From assembly GCA_951406725.2 (NCBI GenBank), contig OX597838.1, forward strand, positions 30,442,001 to 30,506,000: 64,000 nucleotides of DNA. The letters are read 5' to 3'. This DNA comes from Octopus vulgaris (Eukaryota). Numbering within the stretch: position 1 is the first letter of the stretch; each line of letters starts with the position of its first letter. The notes beneath the pieces are model-generated. The model was not told where the DNA came from and did not search any database. It saw only the letters and a program-made list of their open reading frames with translations. The translations under genes and the position numbers were made by a program. Of this stretch, positions 36,341-49,869 are shown piece after piece.

Positions 36341-37604
36341 ACGTCACATATTTAACACCCCTCCTCCCTTAACACACACCATTTTCTGGTATTTTTCAAA
36401 TGATTGGTCGCCTTGAGCTCTTGTCATTTTGGCCCGACACTCAACTAGTCTTGAAATGTGTTGTCATTCAGAAAACATGGGTTCAGCTTAAACGAAGGTT
36501 TGCTTCTTGGAGCAAAAAGACAAAGGAAACACTTTGAAGGTAATGGCAATAGAATTTAACGAGTTTTAGGCCAAATTTTATGCTGGTAATTTGTTAGGGT
36601 TCGTCAACCATCATAAAAAAATGCTTAGCTGTTGTAATACAACTTTACAGAACCCTATATTGTAATTGATCACAAGCGGATGCTATAATGTCTATTTGGG
36701 GACTGATTCAAGAAGATGGCTTCTAATGATTGTCTGCTTCACGCGCCTTTGCATTGAGCAGTACATTAACAACATGTGCGATCTTAGTGCTTCCTTAGAA
36801 TCTTCTATGTTTGGCTGCCACTTTTCTTCCAATTGATTTCATATTTGGTGTATCGATGTAGTTTTGTATGGTAATCATTGACATGAAATTCATTTCTGCC
36901 ATAAATCAATAAATAAAGAGTTAATAGCTTTTAAAATTTCCAAATTTGTGTACTTTTTAGCCAATCGAAAGCCACAGACATGTAGGTGCCTGTTTCCATA
37001 GTAACAATCCAAACTGTAAATAAGTTGCTTATTAAATGCTTAAAACATGATGTATGAGGTAGTCGGGAGATGTGCAAAAAATGATTGCTAAATAGGCCTT
37101 AAATTACGAACCCCAATTTTTTGTGCATAATCGTATAAATTCCAGCGTAAAATACAAATTCGCAAACATTTTTCTGAAAATTCAAAACATTTTTTAAAGT
37201 TACAAGTTTTTATATGATGTGCATATAGCAGAATCCCGTCAATATTTCACTTGTTTACAGTTGACAACACGTAATGACAGCTTCCAAATCCTATTTTCTG
37301 ACTGGGTAAAAACGATCAAACTTTTAACTTCTTTTTAAAAAATGCTTCCGGAAAAAGTGAGATTCAGCATGGAAAATTACCCCAATACACCAGATTTCAA
37401 AATTTTCACTAAACTTTGAAATTTCCACAGGTGCAACCAGACAGAAAAAGTCCCTTATTGACAACTTATGCATTGCATATGTATGTATGCAATGCATATA
37501 TGTGTATATGCATGTAAGCTGCGTTCATATGCTTTGTGTCTATGTATGAGTTTATGCTTGAATCTGTTTATACGGATACATATATAATAGTATATCTGAT
37601 TGTA

Positions 37605-38865
37605 CGAGGGGCGTTCAATAAGTAATGCCCCCTGACCCACTTGCAGTTGTTTGATCTATGTGAAATTTTGCATGTGCGCTTATTTATACCTCTATAGATT
37701 AAGTGGCGAATTACAGCTCTGAACTAATTGTGGTTTCTGATTTACAGGTGTTTGAACTGAGTCAAGTGTGAAATGGAGCCTGTTGAGTGTCGAGCAGTGA
37801 TCTGGTTTTTGTATTTGAAAGGACGCACACCACGGGAGACTTTTGATGAAATGAAAGTAACTTATGGTGATGATGCCCCATCATATGACCTTGTAAAACG
37901 CTGGCATTGTGAATTCAAACATAGTCGGAACTCTGTGGAAACAGCTCCCAGATCTGGTCGCCCCCTTCTGCCGTTGATGAGACGTCTGTCCGTCAAGTTG
38001 AGGCTGCCATTTTGGAAGGTCAACGCATAACTATTCGCCAAATAGCCCATAAGGTCAAGATTAGTACCGGGTCTTTGGAAACTATCATTCATGACCATTT
38101 GCATATGCAAAAGGTGTCTGCCAGATGGATTCACAGGTTGCTCACACCTTTCCAGAAGCAAGAACGCGTTGAGTGCTCGAGGATGAATTTGGAGATGTGC
38201 CAAGAAGATGAGTCAAAATTTTTCAAAAGACTGATCACACAGGATAAAACCTGGGTCCATCACTATGATCCATAGACCAAAGTCCAGTCAATGCAGTGAA
38301 AGCACCGTGACTCACCTCCTCCAAAGAAGGCAAGGGTGCAGCCCTCCGCTGACAAGGTTATGCTCACAGTCTTCTGGGACCAGGACGGAGTAGTGATGAC
38401 AGATTTCCTGGCAAAGGGTACCACAATTACAGGAGCCTATTATTATGCTTCACTTTTGAGGAAATTAAGAGAAGGAGGCGGGACAAGATCAGCAAAGGCA
38501 TCCTCCTCCTGCAGGACAACGCTCCGGTTCACCTCTCGCGTGTCGCCAGATCAGAAGTACAGGCGTGCAGCTATGAACTCCTCCCCTTGCACCCTCTGAT
38601 TTTCACCTCTTCCCAGTCATGAAGTTGATTTTGAAAGGAAAGCGATTCCCAGATGATGCAGCCTTGATTTCTGAAGTCACGTCGTGGTTGGAGGACCAAG
38701 CTGGGGTCTTCTACAAAAACGGTCTCCAGAGCTGTATCAAACGATGGGAGAAATGCATAACTCTGGGTAGTTCCTATGTAGGAAAAGACTAATAACTGTG
38801 TCAAGTGTCGTTGCTCTACTGCTATGGGAAGTGGGTCAGGGGCATTACTTATTGAACGCCCCTCG
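37605..38865 (+). mobile_element. Full-length (1261 bp) mariner, irritans-like, with pseudogenised transposase
   Basis: ~37-bp TIRs cgaggggcgttcaataagtaatgcccc(c)tgacccactt and TA TSDs at 37603-37604 and 38866-38867. ORF pieces RAVIWFL, PRSGRP, ARWIHRLL, TQDKTWVHHYDP, VMLTVFWD and LQDNAPVH are broken by frameshifts and stops. Confidence 0.95.
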
Positions 38866-39028
38866 TACGTATATGAGCAAGCACGTATCTAACTTATGTG
38901 TACAAGTGCACTAATAGGCTAAAAGCCTTATTCTAAAGAAAATAAACCAAACATGCCATCGAGTGAATGTGGGACAGGAAGCCGAATTCTTTGAAGTCGA
39001 CAAATTCGTATTTGGGACTCTCTCTCTC

Positions 39029-39780
39029 TTTTACTTGTTTCAGTCATTTGACTGTGGCCATGCTGGAGCGCCGCCTTTAGTCGAGCAAATCGACCCCGGG
39101 ACTTATTCTTTGTAAGCCCAGTACTTATTCTATCGGTCTCTTTTTTGCCGAACCGCTATGTGACGGGGACGTAAACACACCAGCATCGGTTGTCAAGCAA
39201 TGCTAGGGGGACAAACACAGACACACAAACACACACGGTATTTCGTCTGCCGTTACGTTCTGAGTTCAAATTCCGCCGAGGTCGACTTTGCCTTTCATCC
39301 TTTCGGGGTCGATAAATTAAGTACCAGTTACGCACTGTGGTCGATGTAATCGACTTAATCCCTTTGTCTGTCCTTGTTTGTTCCCTCTATGTTTAGCCCC
39401 TTGTGGGCAATAAAGAAATAATTACTCTTTACTCTCTTTTACTTGTTTCAGTCATTTGACTGCGGCCATGCTGGAGCACGGCCTTTAGTCGAGCAAATCG
39501 ACCCCGGGACTTACCCTTTGTAAGCCCAGTACTTATTCTATCGGTCCTTGTGCCGAACCGCTAAGTGACGGGGACGTAAACACACCAGCATCGGTTCTCA
39601 AGGAATGCTAGGGGGACAAACACACACACATATATATATGTATATACATATATACGACAGGCTTCTTTCAGTTTCCGTCTACCAAATCCACTCACAAGGC
39701 ATTCGTCGGCCCGGGGCTATAGCAGAAGAAACTTGCCCAAGATGCCACGCAGTGGGACTGAACCCGGAACCATGTGGTTG
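39029..39780. mobile_element. Composite: SINE A 3' half (-), exact 184-bp SINE B module (+, 39237-39420), SINE A (-)
   Basis: Direct sequence matches to families A and B. Confidence 0.85.
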
Positions 39781-40221
39781 CGGAATTTTATCCATCAATT
39801 TCCTAACTACGAGAGACTAAAAGAAATGGAAGTGATTTTGACGTTTAAAGCTGAAGCTTTTCTCCAAAAACAGGACAAAGGTGTATAGACAGAAGGAAGA
39901 GGTATAGAGGAAGGGAAAAATAGGTCCACAGAACTATAAAACGATCTGCATCAAACTTATATGAGTCTGAGACGTTTTAGCACAACTGATTCGATGCTGA
40001 CTTCCTTGACATCAGACAGTCAAATGTTTCTCCCATTCTCTCTGTTTATGCATATGAGCATCTAGTTATGTTTGTATGTGTGATGTCTCTCTCTCTCTCT
40101 CTCTCTACCTATCTATCTCTGTATGTGTATGTTTATTTGCCTTCAGTGCCAAAACAGGTTGAATGTCCAATCAACCTCGCCAGTATCCAAAGAGCCACAC
40201 ACATACGCATATATGTGTGTC

Positions 40222-40295
<74 letters not shown>

Positions 40296-40305
40296 TATAT
40301 AAATA

Positions 40306-40583
40306 TGGCCCAGTGGTTAGGGCAGCAGACTCGCGGTTTCGATTCCCAGACCGGGCGTTGTGAGTGTTTATTGAGCGAAAACACCTAAAGCTCCACGAGG
40401 CTTCGGCAGGGTGGTAGTGGCGATCCCTGCTGTACTCTTTCGCCACTCTTCTTCTCACTCTTTCTTCTGTTGGCCTGCTCGCTTAGCCAGCGGGGTGGCG
40501 TCATTTGAAGGCTAAAACAATGTGAAGCGCATTGTGACCGGTGATGTGTAGCAACATCTGATAGCCTGGTCGGTCACGGTGAT
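40306..40583 (+). mobile_element. SINE family C with a third type of 3' tail
   Basis: tggcccagtggttagggcagcagactcgcgg head; tail cctggtcggtcacggtga. Confidence 0.75.
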
Positions 40584-41281
40584 ATATATATACACACACA
40601 TATATAAATAAATAAATGAGTGTATGCGTCTCTCCCTCTGTATCTTAATCTCTAAGTCTCTCTTTTTCTCCTAGGGTATCCTTGTATCTTTCTTACAGCA
40701 AGACACCTATCTCTACTATTCTTTTTAACCTCTCATCAACTGGAGCAGGGCCACGTCCCTCAATACTATTTCTTCCCAGTCGAGAGGTCTTTTATGTTAC
40801 TTGGTGACCCTGATGGTGCTGGTGCCACGAAAAAAAAAAAGCATGCAGTACACTCTTTAAAGAGGTTGGCATTATGAAGGTTATCCAGCCATAGGAACCC
40901 TGCCAAAATAAACAAACAGAGCCCAGAACAGTTCCTTGGCTTGCCAGCCCCTATCAAACCATCCAACCCATGCCAGAATGGAAAACGGGCGCTAAATGGT
41001 GATGTAAGGGTGTGTGCATGTGTATAAATTTCCCCAGTCTTCTCATCTGTAAATGAATACCACTTCAGTGCTCATGCAGTCCTCTCCAACCCCAGTTGCC
41101 ATATCCTTGATGTTAAGCTGGACCCAGGGTGGGAAGGCGAAGAGGAGATTTATCTCTGCTCAGAATAACAGACATCAGCATCACATACAAAAATCATCAC
41201 AAGTCATGGCTGTGGTTACTGTTTATATTTGAGGACTTGCAAGTAGATGAGTGTGGGGGGGAGTTTATTTATTTTTTAAAT

Positions 41282-41575
41282 TTATCTAGTTTCAGCTCAT
41301 GAGCTGTGGCCATGCTGGGGCACCGCCATTTGGTGTTGCTGCATGATTTTACTTCACGAATGCTTTTTAGCAATTGCCATTTGGTGCATGAGAGAGTTTG
41401 ATGCAGCTGCCCTCATCTGCCCCTCCTGCCGTGAAGTTGGTTCATCTGGGATACCTGACAGGAAGAGATCCAGTTTTATTTTAAAGACATCAGCATCCAC
41501 CCCATGCAGGTCTCTCAGGTTCTTCGGGAGGATATTGAAGAGCTGTGGGCCTCTGAAGCCCAGGCTCTGGTGGAT
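41282..41575 (-). mobile_element. CR1-clade LINE extreme 3' end, including 3' UTR stem-loop
   Basis: SLGFRGPQLFNILPKNLRDLHGVDADVFKIKLDLFLSGIPDEP..., then ggcggtgccccagcatggccacagctcatgagctgaaactag. Confidence 0.8.
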
Positions 41576-41654
41576 TGCTTATGCTTGCACATGTAGGGGA
41601 ACAAGGATTGGCAAATTTCACATATTTAAATAATATTCTTTTATCTTTTTATTC

Positions 41655-42045
41655 TTTTACTTCTTTCAGTCATTTGACTGCAGCCATGCTGGAGCACCAC
41701 CTTGAAGGATTTTAGTAGAAGAAATGAACTCAAGGACTTATTCTTCGTCAGCCTAGTACTTACTTTATCAATCCCTTCTGCCAAACTGCTAAGTTACAGG
41801 GATGTAAACATACGAACATTGGTTGCCAAGCGATGGTGGAGGGACAAACACAGACACATAGGCATACATAAATACATTTATATAACGAGCTTCTTTCAGT
41901 TTCCCCCAAATCCAGTCACAAGGCTTTGGTCAGCCTGAGGCTAGAGGAGAAGACACTTGCCTAACATGCCATGCAGTGGGACTGAACCTGGAACCATGTT
42001 ATTGGGAAGCAAGCTTCTTACCACACAGTCACATACCTGTGCCTA
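41655..42045 (-). mobile_element. SINE family A, older diverged copy
   Basis: Diverged reverse-complement copy. Confidence 0.75.
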
Positions 42046-42529
42046 TACATTTATTTTTGTCCCATTCCTCCCCGTCCCCCAATTTTTTTCCCGTTCTCAT
42101 CACCATAGTAAACAATACCCACACACACAAAGAAAAAAAAAATCAACAAATAAAATATTTATTATTATTATTATTATTATTCTTAATATTATTACATATT
42201 CTCATACAAACCAGCAAAAAAAAAAAAAGAATGAAAAAATTTAAAAAAAAAAACAACAAAACAGATCAATCATTATAATAACAATAACAACAATAATAAT
42301 AATATTAGCATCATCATCATCATCATCATTATTATTATTATTATTATTCATTTTGAGTACCCATTCATTAACAGGAGGTATTGATGGAGTCTTTTATAAT
42401 GTTTTTTTACAGATTCTTTTTCAAGTGTTCCTTTTTTTTTTTTATAATTGTTTTCTTTTTTAATTACACAAATATTCTAGTGGTTGCACCAACTCTTTCT
42501 CCGAAAACAAATTAGAAAGAATATCATCA

Positions 42530-42572
<43 letters not shown>

Positions 42573-42891
42573 CATTATTATTACCATCATTATTATAATT
42601 ATTATTAATATTATTATATACATATATATATATATATTATATTTATTATTATAATTATTAACTTGAAATAATTAATTAAAAAAAAAAACAAAAAAAAAAA
42701 CAACATGATAATGATAGTGACCACCATCATCATCATCATCATCATCATTATCAATCACCATCATTATCATCATCATTAGTTTGATCATCAAAATGACCAA
42801 CAGTTTTATTTATTTTTTTATTCATATACGGGCACTCTGGACAGAACTGCCCATGTTTATAGTTTTCTTTATATATATGGGTCTGTCTGTA

Positions 42892-42932
<41 letters not shown>

Positions 42933-43889
42933 TAGATATATATATATATATATATATATTAGATATATATATATATATGTGGGTGTATATGTATACATAT
43001 ATATCAATATAATTATATATACATGTAACTTAAAATAATTAATTAAAAAAAAATAGTCATCCACCATCATCATCATTTGCTCAATAAAAGTTCAATCCTC
43101 TACAGGTATATCTGTACAGACAAAGATCAGTTTTAAATTGTTTTTTTTTTCAAATAGTTTGTGTTGTGTTTTTTGCTTGAAATTAAAATTTTTTTTTTTT
43201 CTCTCTCCCTGTTTCCGCACTCCGTTTTTGTTTTGATTTTTTTTCTTTTTTTGGTTTTATAGTAATAATAATTATTATTATTAAAATTATTATGCTAAGA
43301 GATCATGAATACAATTTATTTTTCTGTCCTCCCTGGATTTTTTACATCACCAACACCACCATCATCATCATCAACATCATATTTGTTATTATTGTCATAT
43401 TATCCAATTTTTTTTTTTTTTTTTTTACATACATGTCTACTTCCTCTCTCTCTCTCTCTTTTTCTCAACATGTATACACACAGGCACACATCTACTGCAA
43501 AAACCACACTTTTCAAATCCGTGTGCAATCTTGCACAGTAAACCAATGCAATTTGAAAGTGAAGAAAGTCAGTCATCAAAGTAGGAGTCGAGGTTTCAAT
43601 ACTTCGTTTTGGCTATCGATTCCCCGACTCATGGGAAATATTTATGATATATGAGTGCATATATATATATATATATATGCACACACACACACACAGGTGT
43701 GTGTGTTTGCGTGTTACTTTTAGATTGCATTGTATTGCTCACAAATGCACACTGAAGAATATTGTTCAATATATATAGAGAGAAACAAAGCTTATATATA
43801 CATATATATACATGTATATATGCATATATATACCTGTATATATACATATATATACACACACACAAATGTATATATACACATATATATAT

Positions 43890-43950
<61 letters not shown>

Positions 43951-45111
43951 TATACACATGTATATGTGGGTGTGTTTGTATATACATATATAATGTATGT
44001 ATATATATGGACGATTTTGGCACATTCTCATCCCACCATCTTGCTTATTTTACTTGTTTTTTTTTTATATACACACGCACACGTGTGCATGTGCATATAT
44101 ACACACACACACACGCACACATACATGTAAACTACAAATAGGAGTGTGCATGTGTGTGTGTGTGTGTGAGTTTATTATATGTGAGCATGCCCCTTCAGGG
44201 ATAATATTTGCCCTTAATAATCTTCCCTACCCCCCCAAAATAATCTTCTTTTAATACCACCCTCCCAACCACCACCACCACTCTCCTTCCTTCTCTTCAC
44301 CAACCCCCCTCTCTCTCTCTCTCCCTCTTTCATACCTTCCACTTCTTGCATACCCTGCCCCTTTTTCTTTCTTTCCCAAATCTCCTACCTGTGTTCTGCC
44401 TCAAAATTCTTACCTGTTCCTCATTCAAAACTATTATTTTTATTACTGGTATAATCAATTAAATTAGGCCTCCATAATCAAAAATACCAGTTAAATACCG
44501 GGGGGATAATTTCCAGCACTCAAACATCAGTGGCCTTGTGACAGTGTAATTATAATTATTATCATTAAAATTGTGAGCTGGCAGAATTAACTCACCAGAC
44601 GAGATTCTGAGCAACAGCATTCCATATATTTTAATGTTCAACAGTTTATATATATATGGCCGAGATCGACTTTGCCTTCCTCCTTTTTGGGTCAATAAAT
44701 TAAGTAGCAGTCAAGCAGAGCAGAGAAGCTTATTATTCTGAGTTCAAATCTCACAAAGGCTGACTTTACCTTTTAACTTACCCCCTGAGTTCAAGTTTTT
44801 GGGGTTCACCTAACCCTTACCACACAAACCTATGGCCTTTTATGCATGTTTAAATATAAATATCATTATTAACTATGAGCATTATTATCATTTGAAATTT
44901 TAAGAATTTTCTAAGTAAACAACAAAATAAATAAATAAATATGTTTATTCTAAGCATTTTACCTCTTATTTCTTAATTTCAAACACAAACTTCTAATCCC
45001 ACCAAATATTATGCAGAAATGATTATCTCCCTTACAATAACTGCCTGTTAGGAGACACCATGTATTTTCCCCCTCATCCTTCGCCCTGGAGGCGAATAAA
45101 AGAAACCATTA

Positions 45112-45690
45112 TTATCATTATTGAGTGAGAGAGCGGTGCTTGCCATCAAAGTGAAGTTGGGGTGTAAATATACAAAGCCCAATATACCCCTCATGACTAC
45201 CCGTCTGGTAAGGGGTGCACTACGCACATGCATCACAATCATATGTATGCATCATGGTGACCTCATATCAACACATGACCTTGCAGGTGGGGGCTCAGAA
45301 TTTTCTTCAGGTCAGGTTAGCCCATCTCTCTTAAAAACAATCCTTATTCAGTGACCTTAAAAGGTCCCTAAATAAGGGTTGTTTAAGGATGATGAACGAA
45401 ACACCCTAAGCTTCCAGTGGTAAAATTATTCAAACCCCAAAGAATTCCTCTCAACGAGATTCTTAGCTATGATGCTCCCCCACTATTTCTGCTCATCATC
45501 AGAGATGCACATATCGGCCCCTAAGGGACATGCTCAACCACTTACGGTCAAACAACTGATAAGCAAATCTGTGGCATTGAGCAGAATATTTGCTGTAGGC
45601 CATCTTTGACCCCGAGACAAAATATGCACACGTGAACACTTCCAGTCAGTTAAGATCAGAAGCCATGAGAGCCACAGCCTGGTTTTGCAT
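45112..45690 (-). mobile_element. Interspersed repeat family E, embedded in (ATT)n
   Basis: Matches 13625-14114 in reverse; att repeats at both ends. Confidence 0.7.
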
Positions 45691-45694
45691 TATT

Positions 45695-45738
<44 letters not shown>

Positions 45739-46134
45739 TACTATTATCATTATTATTATCATCATTATTATTATTATCATTATTATTATTATTACTACTA
45801 CTACTACTACTACAACTACTATTTTAGATCTTTCCTCCCACCCACTCTTAAAACAAAACAGAACCCCACCCCCACATCCCCTTTCTCTCTCTTTCCTTTA
45901 GTTCTGCCATCTTCAATGAAGCATCTTTCATTCTCTCACTTCTCCCATCCCCACTGCCCCTTGCGCATTCACTCCCTTTCTCTCTATCGGTCTCTCTCTC
46001 TCTCTCTCTCTCTGTCTCAGTCTTGCCCAGCAGAACCCTTTCCACTCATCCCTCTCACTCCCTACCTCCCCCCTCCACTTCACTCTCTCTCCTCCTCCTC
46101 CTCCACCCCCCCTCTATCTCTCTTTCTCTTTCTC

Positions 46135-48112
46135 TCAGCCTTGCACAGTGAAACTCTTTTCAATCTGGAGTTCAATCAAGTCCATGAAGCAGATCTTCGT
46201 CTCTCCACTGTCGAGAAGTTCACGGATTTTTCTGTTACATGGTTTATAAGGGACGTCCACATTCTGCACAAGGTACTTCGAGATGAGATAGTCGAGGGCG
46301 TTGATCTTCGTCACGCCGCTCTGGTGGTCTTTGCTGTTCTTCACCTGCTGAGCGGCCGACAAGCACTTCTCCACGAAGGCCGGGTCCTTCGCCGACACCG
46401 GCGACACGTTCTCCTTGCTGCTGCTACTGCTGTGGCGCTTATGACCCGCTGCTGCTGCCGCCTCTTCGTCCTTGCCGTTTTTCGCGGCGCGCCCCACCTC
46501 TTCGCTCTCGTCGAGGCTCGGCTCCTTCTTCTTCCTCCGTTTGTTATTACAATCACTCTCCTCCGACTCCCCTTCATCATCAGCATCATCATCACTACTG
46601 CCTTCACCTTTACTCTTAGTCCCGCCTCCTCCTCCTGAGGCCCCTCTCTTTTTGCTGGTGACGTCTGTGGTGAGCATACTTTCCGAGTGACTAGATTCCT
46701 CCCTGTTCGTTCTATTTTCACTAGCGTTATGGTTCCGACTCTGACTTGTATCTTCTTTATTTTCTACTTCATCGCTTTTGTTGTCTCCGCTGTCACCATC
46801 ACTGCTCTGGCTGTTATTACTACTGCTGTTAATACTACTACTATTATTATTATTATTAATATTATCGTTATCATCATCATCATCATCATTATTATTATTA
46901 TTATTATTATTACTATTACTACCACCACCGTTGCCAGTAGAAACGCTGTCACCATCACCGCATCCTTCACCAGAGCTATCCTCTCTCTCGCTATTTTGTC
47001 CTCTAGTTGTTGTGGTTGTTGTTGTTGTTGTCACTGGTGTTGTCGTCGTTAGTGAATTTGGTGTTGTTGATGCTGATGTTGTTGTTGTTGTTGTTGCTGC
47101 TGCTGCTGCCTGGTTGCCATCATGTTGCTGCTGCTGCTGGTGATGCTGGCTGTTGTTGTGATGCAAACTTCTGCTCGACAGACTCGTTTCGCTTGTCGCC
47201 TGCGAACAGCCGTTCAGGAGATGATGCATAAGATTTAGATAATTCTCTGGGGCCCTGTTTACCGAGCTGGGCGGCTCCCACCGGTCGTTGAGGACATCTT
47301 TACTCGAATCGTCGACATCGATGTCCACTTCCATGTCGGCTGCTTCGTCCTCAGTTCCACCCTTGTGGTCAATATCTGTGACGCCAATATCTTTCCGCTT
47401 GGCCGCTGTTGCCGTGGACAACGGCAGCGAGGACAACGATGATGATGATTCCATGGGCTCCTCCTCTTTGTTTTCTTCCTCCCCATCTTCCCCGTACCTT
47501 CGGCGCTGACGTTGTTGTTGTTGTTCGGAGATGGCAGACGAGCAGGTTGTCTTTGATGGGGTTTCCTCATCAATTGTGATACAGTTGCTAGCGTTGTAGC
47601 TGTTGATCATGTCTGGGGCTAATCTCGAGGAAGGGGCCACTCGCTTCCCGTAACAAGGACCATTCGAAGATGTGATGTTGTTACTGCTGTTGTTGTTGTT
47701 GTTGTTGTTGCTGTGGCTGCTTGTGAGGTCCGTAGTGTTACTTGGGCAGTTCATTACTCGGGGCCAGCTGAGGGTTGAAGACGCGATGGGGCATGACTGG
47801 GGCCGACTCAGCAGTCTGATTTCATCAGAAGGGGGCACATCCCTTGTGCGACATGTCATGGCAATGTCTGGTTGTAGGCGGGCATATTTAAGTTGGTCGT
47901 CAAATCGCCACTGGTAGCAACCGTCGACAGCGACGATGGGTGGTGGTGGAGGGGGCAACGGCGGCACCACGGTCATCATTGTGGCCTGTCGCATCTGGTG
48001 CTTTTGTCTGAGGAGTTGGCGCAAATGTGACGGCGCTCTTTGGCACTCGCAGGACTTGATCAAGCATAAGGGCCGTTCTTGAAAGCCGCAGTTTTGTGGT
48101 TGCTGCTGCTGA

Positions 48113-48174
<62 letters not shown>

Positions 48175-48276
48175 TTCCTTGGGGTTGCGTTTTGTTGAGT
48201 GTACGCTGAGGTCCAGAGGTTCCATGGCTTCGTCTTCTTCAATCGGATTCATGTAATTTGTGATGTGAGATTCCAT
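46135..48276 (-). CDS. 713-aa mostly disordered protein with PLDLS (CtBP-type) and LxxLL motifs and a short ordered C-terminal domain; single coding exon
   Basis: 2142-bp ORF stays in frame through many triplet repeats and has GC-richer coding composition. Acceptor tattttcag (AG at 48348-48349) lies 71 nt upstream, and in-frame stops precede the ATG. Motifs: EPLDLS, RPLCL, LRQLL, and C-terminal ALDYLISKYL...IRELL...CFMDLIELQIEKSF. Confidence 0.85.
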
Positions 48277-48629
48277 TTCACTGGTTCTCTGTGGCTTCTT
48301 GGTGCTGCCAGGTGGGTTTAATTAACAAATTCTTCACCCATTCAAAACTGAAAATATACAAAAAATAAAAAAAAAGAGAAAAAATATTAGTCACAATTCA
48401 AAAAAAATTCTTGAGATCAAAAAGTATAATTTTTTCACTTTTTATATATAAAAAAAACTAACAAAAAAAAAAGCAAAAAAGATTCAAAATATCTGTTTCA
48501 TGTCCATTTTTCTATGTCAGCATGAGTTCATTGGATATTTATTTGCAGTGATGGGATGCTTCTCCTGTCATCAACTCTTAATTCTTTTACAAATAAGAGG
48601 TTGTCTTATTCTTTTATCATCATCATCAT

Positions 48630-48810
48630 TTAACCCTTTCATGACCAACCAGGCTGAAACCGGCTCTGGCTCTGAGTACAAATGTCTTGTTTTCAAAAGT
48701 TCTGAATTAAAATCTTCCACCAAACCTTAGTCACAATTTATGTTCCTAACACTAGCTCAATGATAACTAAGTTATCTTACTAAATTCTTTGTTATATTTA
48801 AAATTGGTTG
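48630..48810 (+). mobile_element. piggyBac-like MITE end (related pieces at ~6185-6402 and ~7870-8075)
   Basis: ttaa-ccctttcatgaccaacc terminus; matching gttggtatcaaaaggg ends occur elsewhere. Confidence 0.45.
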
Positions 48811-48844
48811 GGGAACAAATACAGATACACAAACACACACACAC

Positions 48845-49117
48845 CATCATCATCATCATCATCATCATCTTCGTTTAACGTCCGTTCTCCATGCTAGCAT
48901 GGGTTGGACGGTTTGACCGAGGATCTGGGAAGCTAGAAGGCTGCACCAGGCTCCAGTCTGATCTGGCAGTGTTTCTACAGCTGGATGCCCTTCCTAACGC
49001 CAACCACCCTGTGAGTGTAGTGGGTGCTTTTTACGTGCCACCGGCACAGGTACCAGGCGATCGGATTGGTGCTTTTTACGTGTGACCGGCACAGAAACCA
49101 GTTGAGGCGGCGCTGGC

Positions 49118-49120
<3 letters not shown>
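48845..49120 (-). mobile_element. SINE-like family D
   Basis: (CAT)n followed by gtttaacgtccgttctccatgctagcatggg. Confidence 0.8.
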
Positions 49121-49154
<34 letters not shown>

Positions 49155-49828
49155 GAGAATTCACAAAAAAAACACAAGACGAAGACAGATGGTGTAACAG
49201 GCTTCTTTCAGTTTCCGTCTAGCAAATCCACTCACAAGGCCTTGGTTGGCCCAAGGGATAAGTAGAAGACACTTACCCAAGATGCCATGCAGTGGGACCG
49301 AACCTAGATCCATGAGGCTGGGAAGTAAGATTCTTACCACACAGCCATGCCCGCATCACTACATACATGCACCCCGGTACACCTTTCTTAAGAAAAGACT
49401 TTATGATTTGAGGGAGCTGTGGCTACTATTTCCATCTTTATGTGGCTGGTCCAGTGACTGTACAGACTGGCAGTGGAAATGGTGGTGTTGGTGGTAGTGA
49501 TTAAGACAAATTTTTAGTAAAAGACAAAAAAAAAAACCCCAACAATACAGTCAGACAGGCAGACACATACACAAAGCCACACACACTTCTAATGGGCATA
49601 CATACATACATATACAAACATAATAGATATAGATATGCACACACAAATATATGTATACACAAAGCTAGGTTGGCCTAAATACTGGAAGAAAGAATTATAC
49701 CAAGTTAATAAAAGAGGGCAATACACATACACATACACATATATGTGTGTGTGAATCTATCTATCTATATGTATATGTGTGTGTGTATGTATCTCTCTAT
49801 CTATCATGTGTGTCTACCTATCTATATG

Positions 49829-49869
<41 letters not shown>

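Noticed and set aside
45685-46638. 317-aa plus-strand ORF
   Set aside because: Antisense shadow of the 713-aa CDS plus microsatellite sequence.
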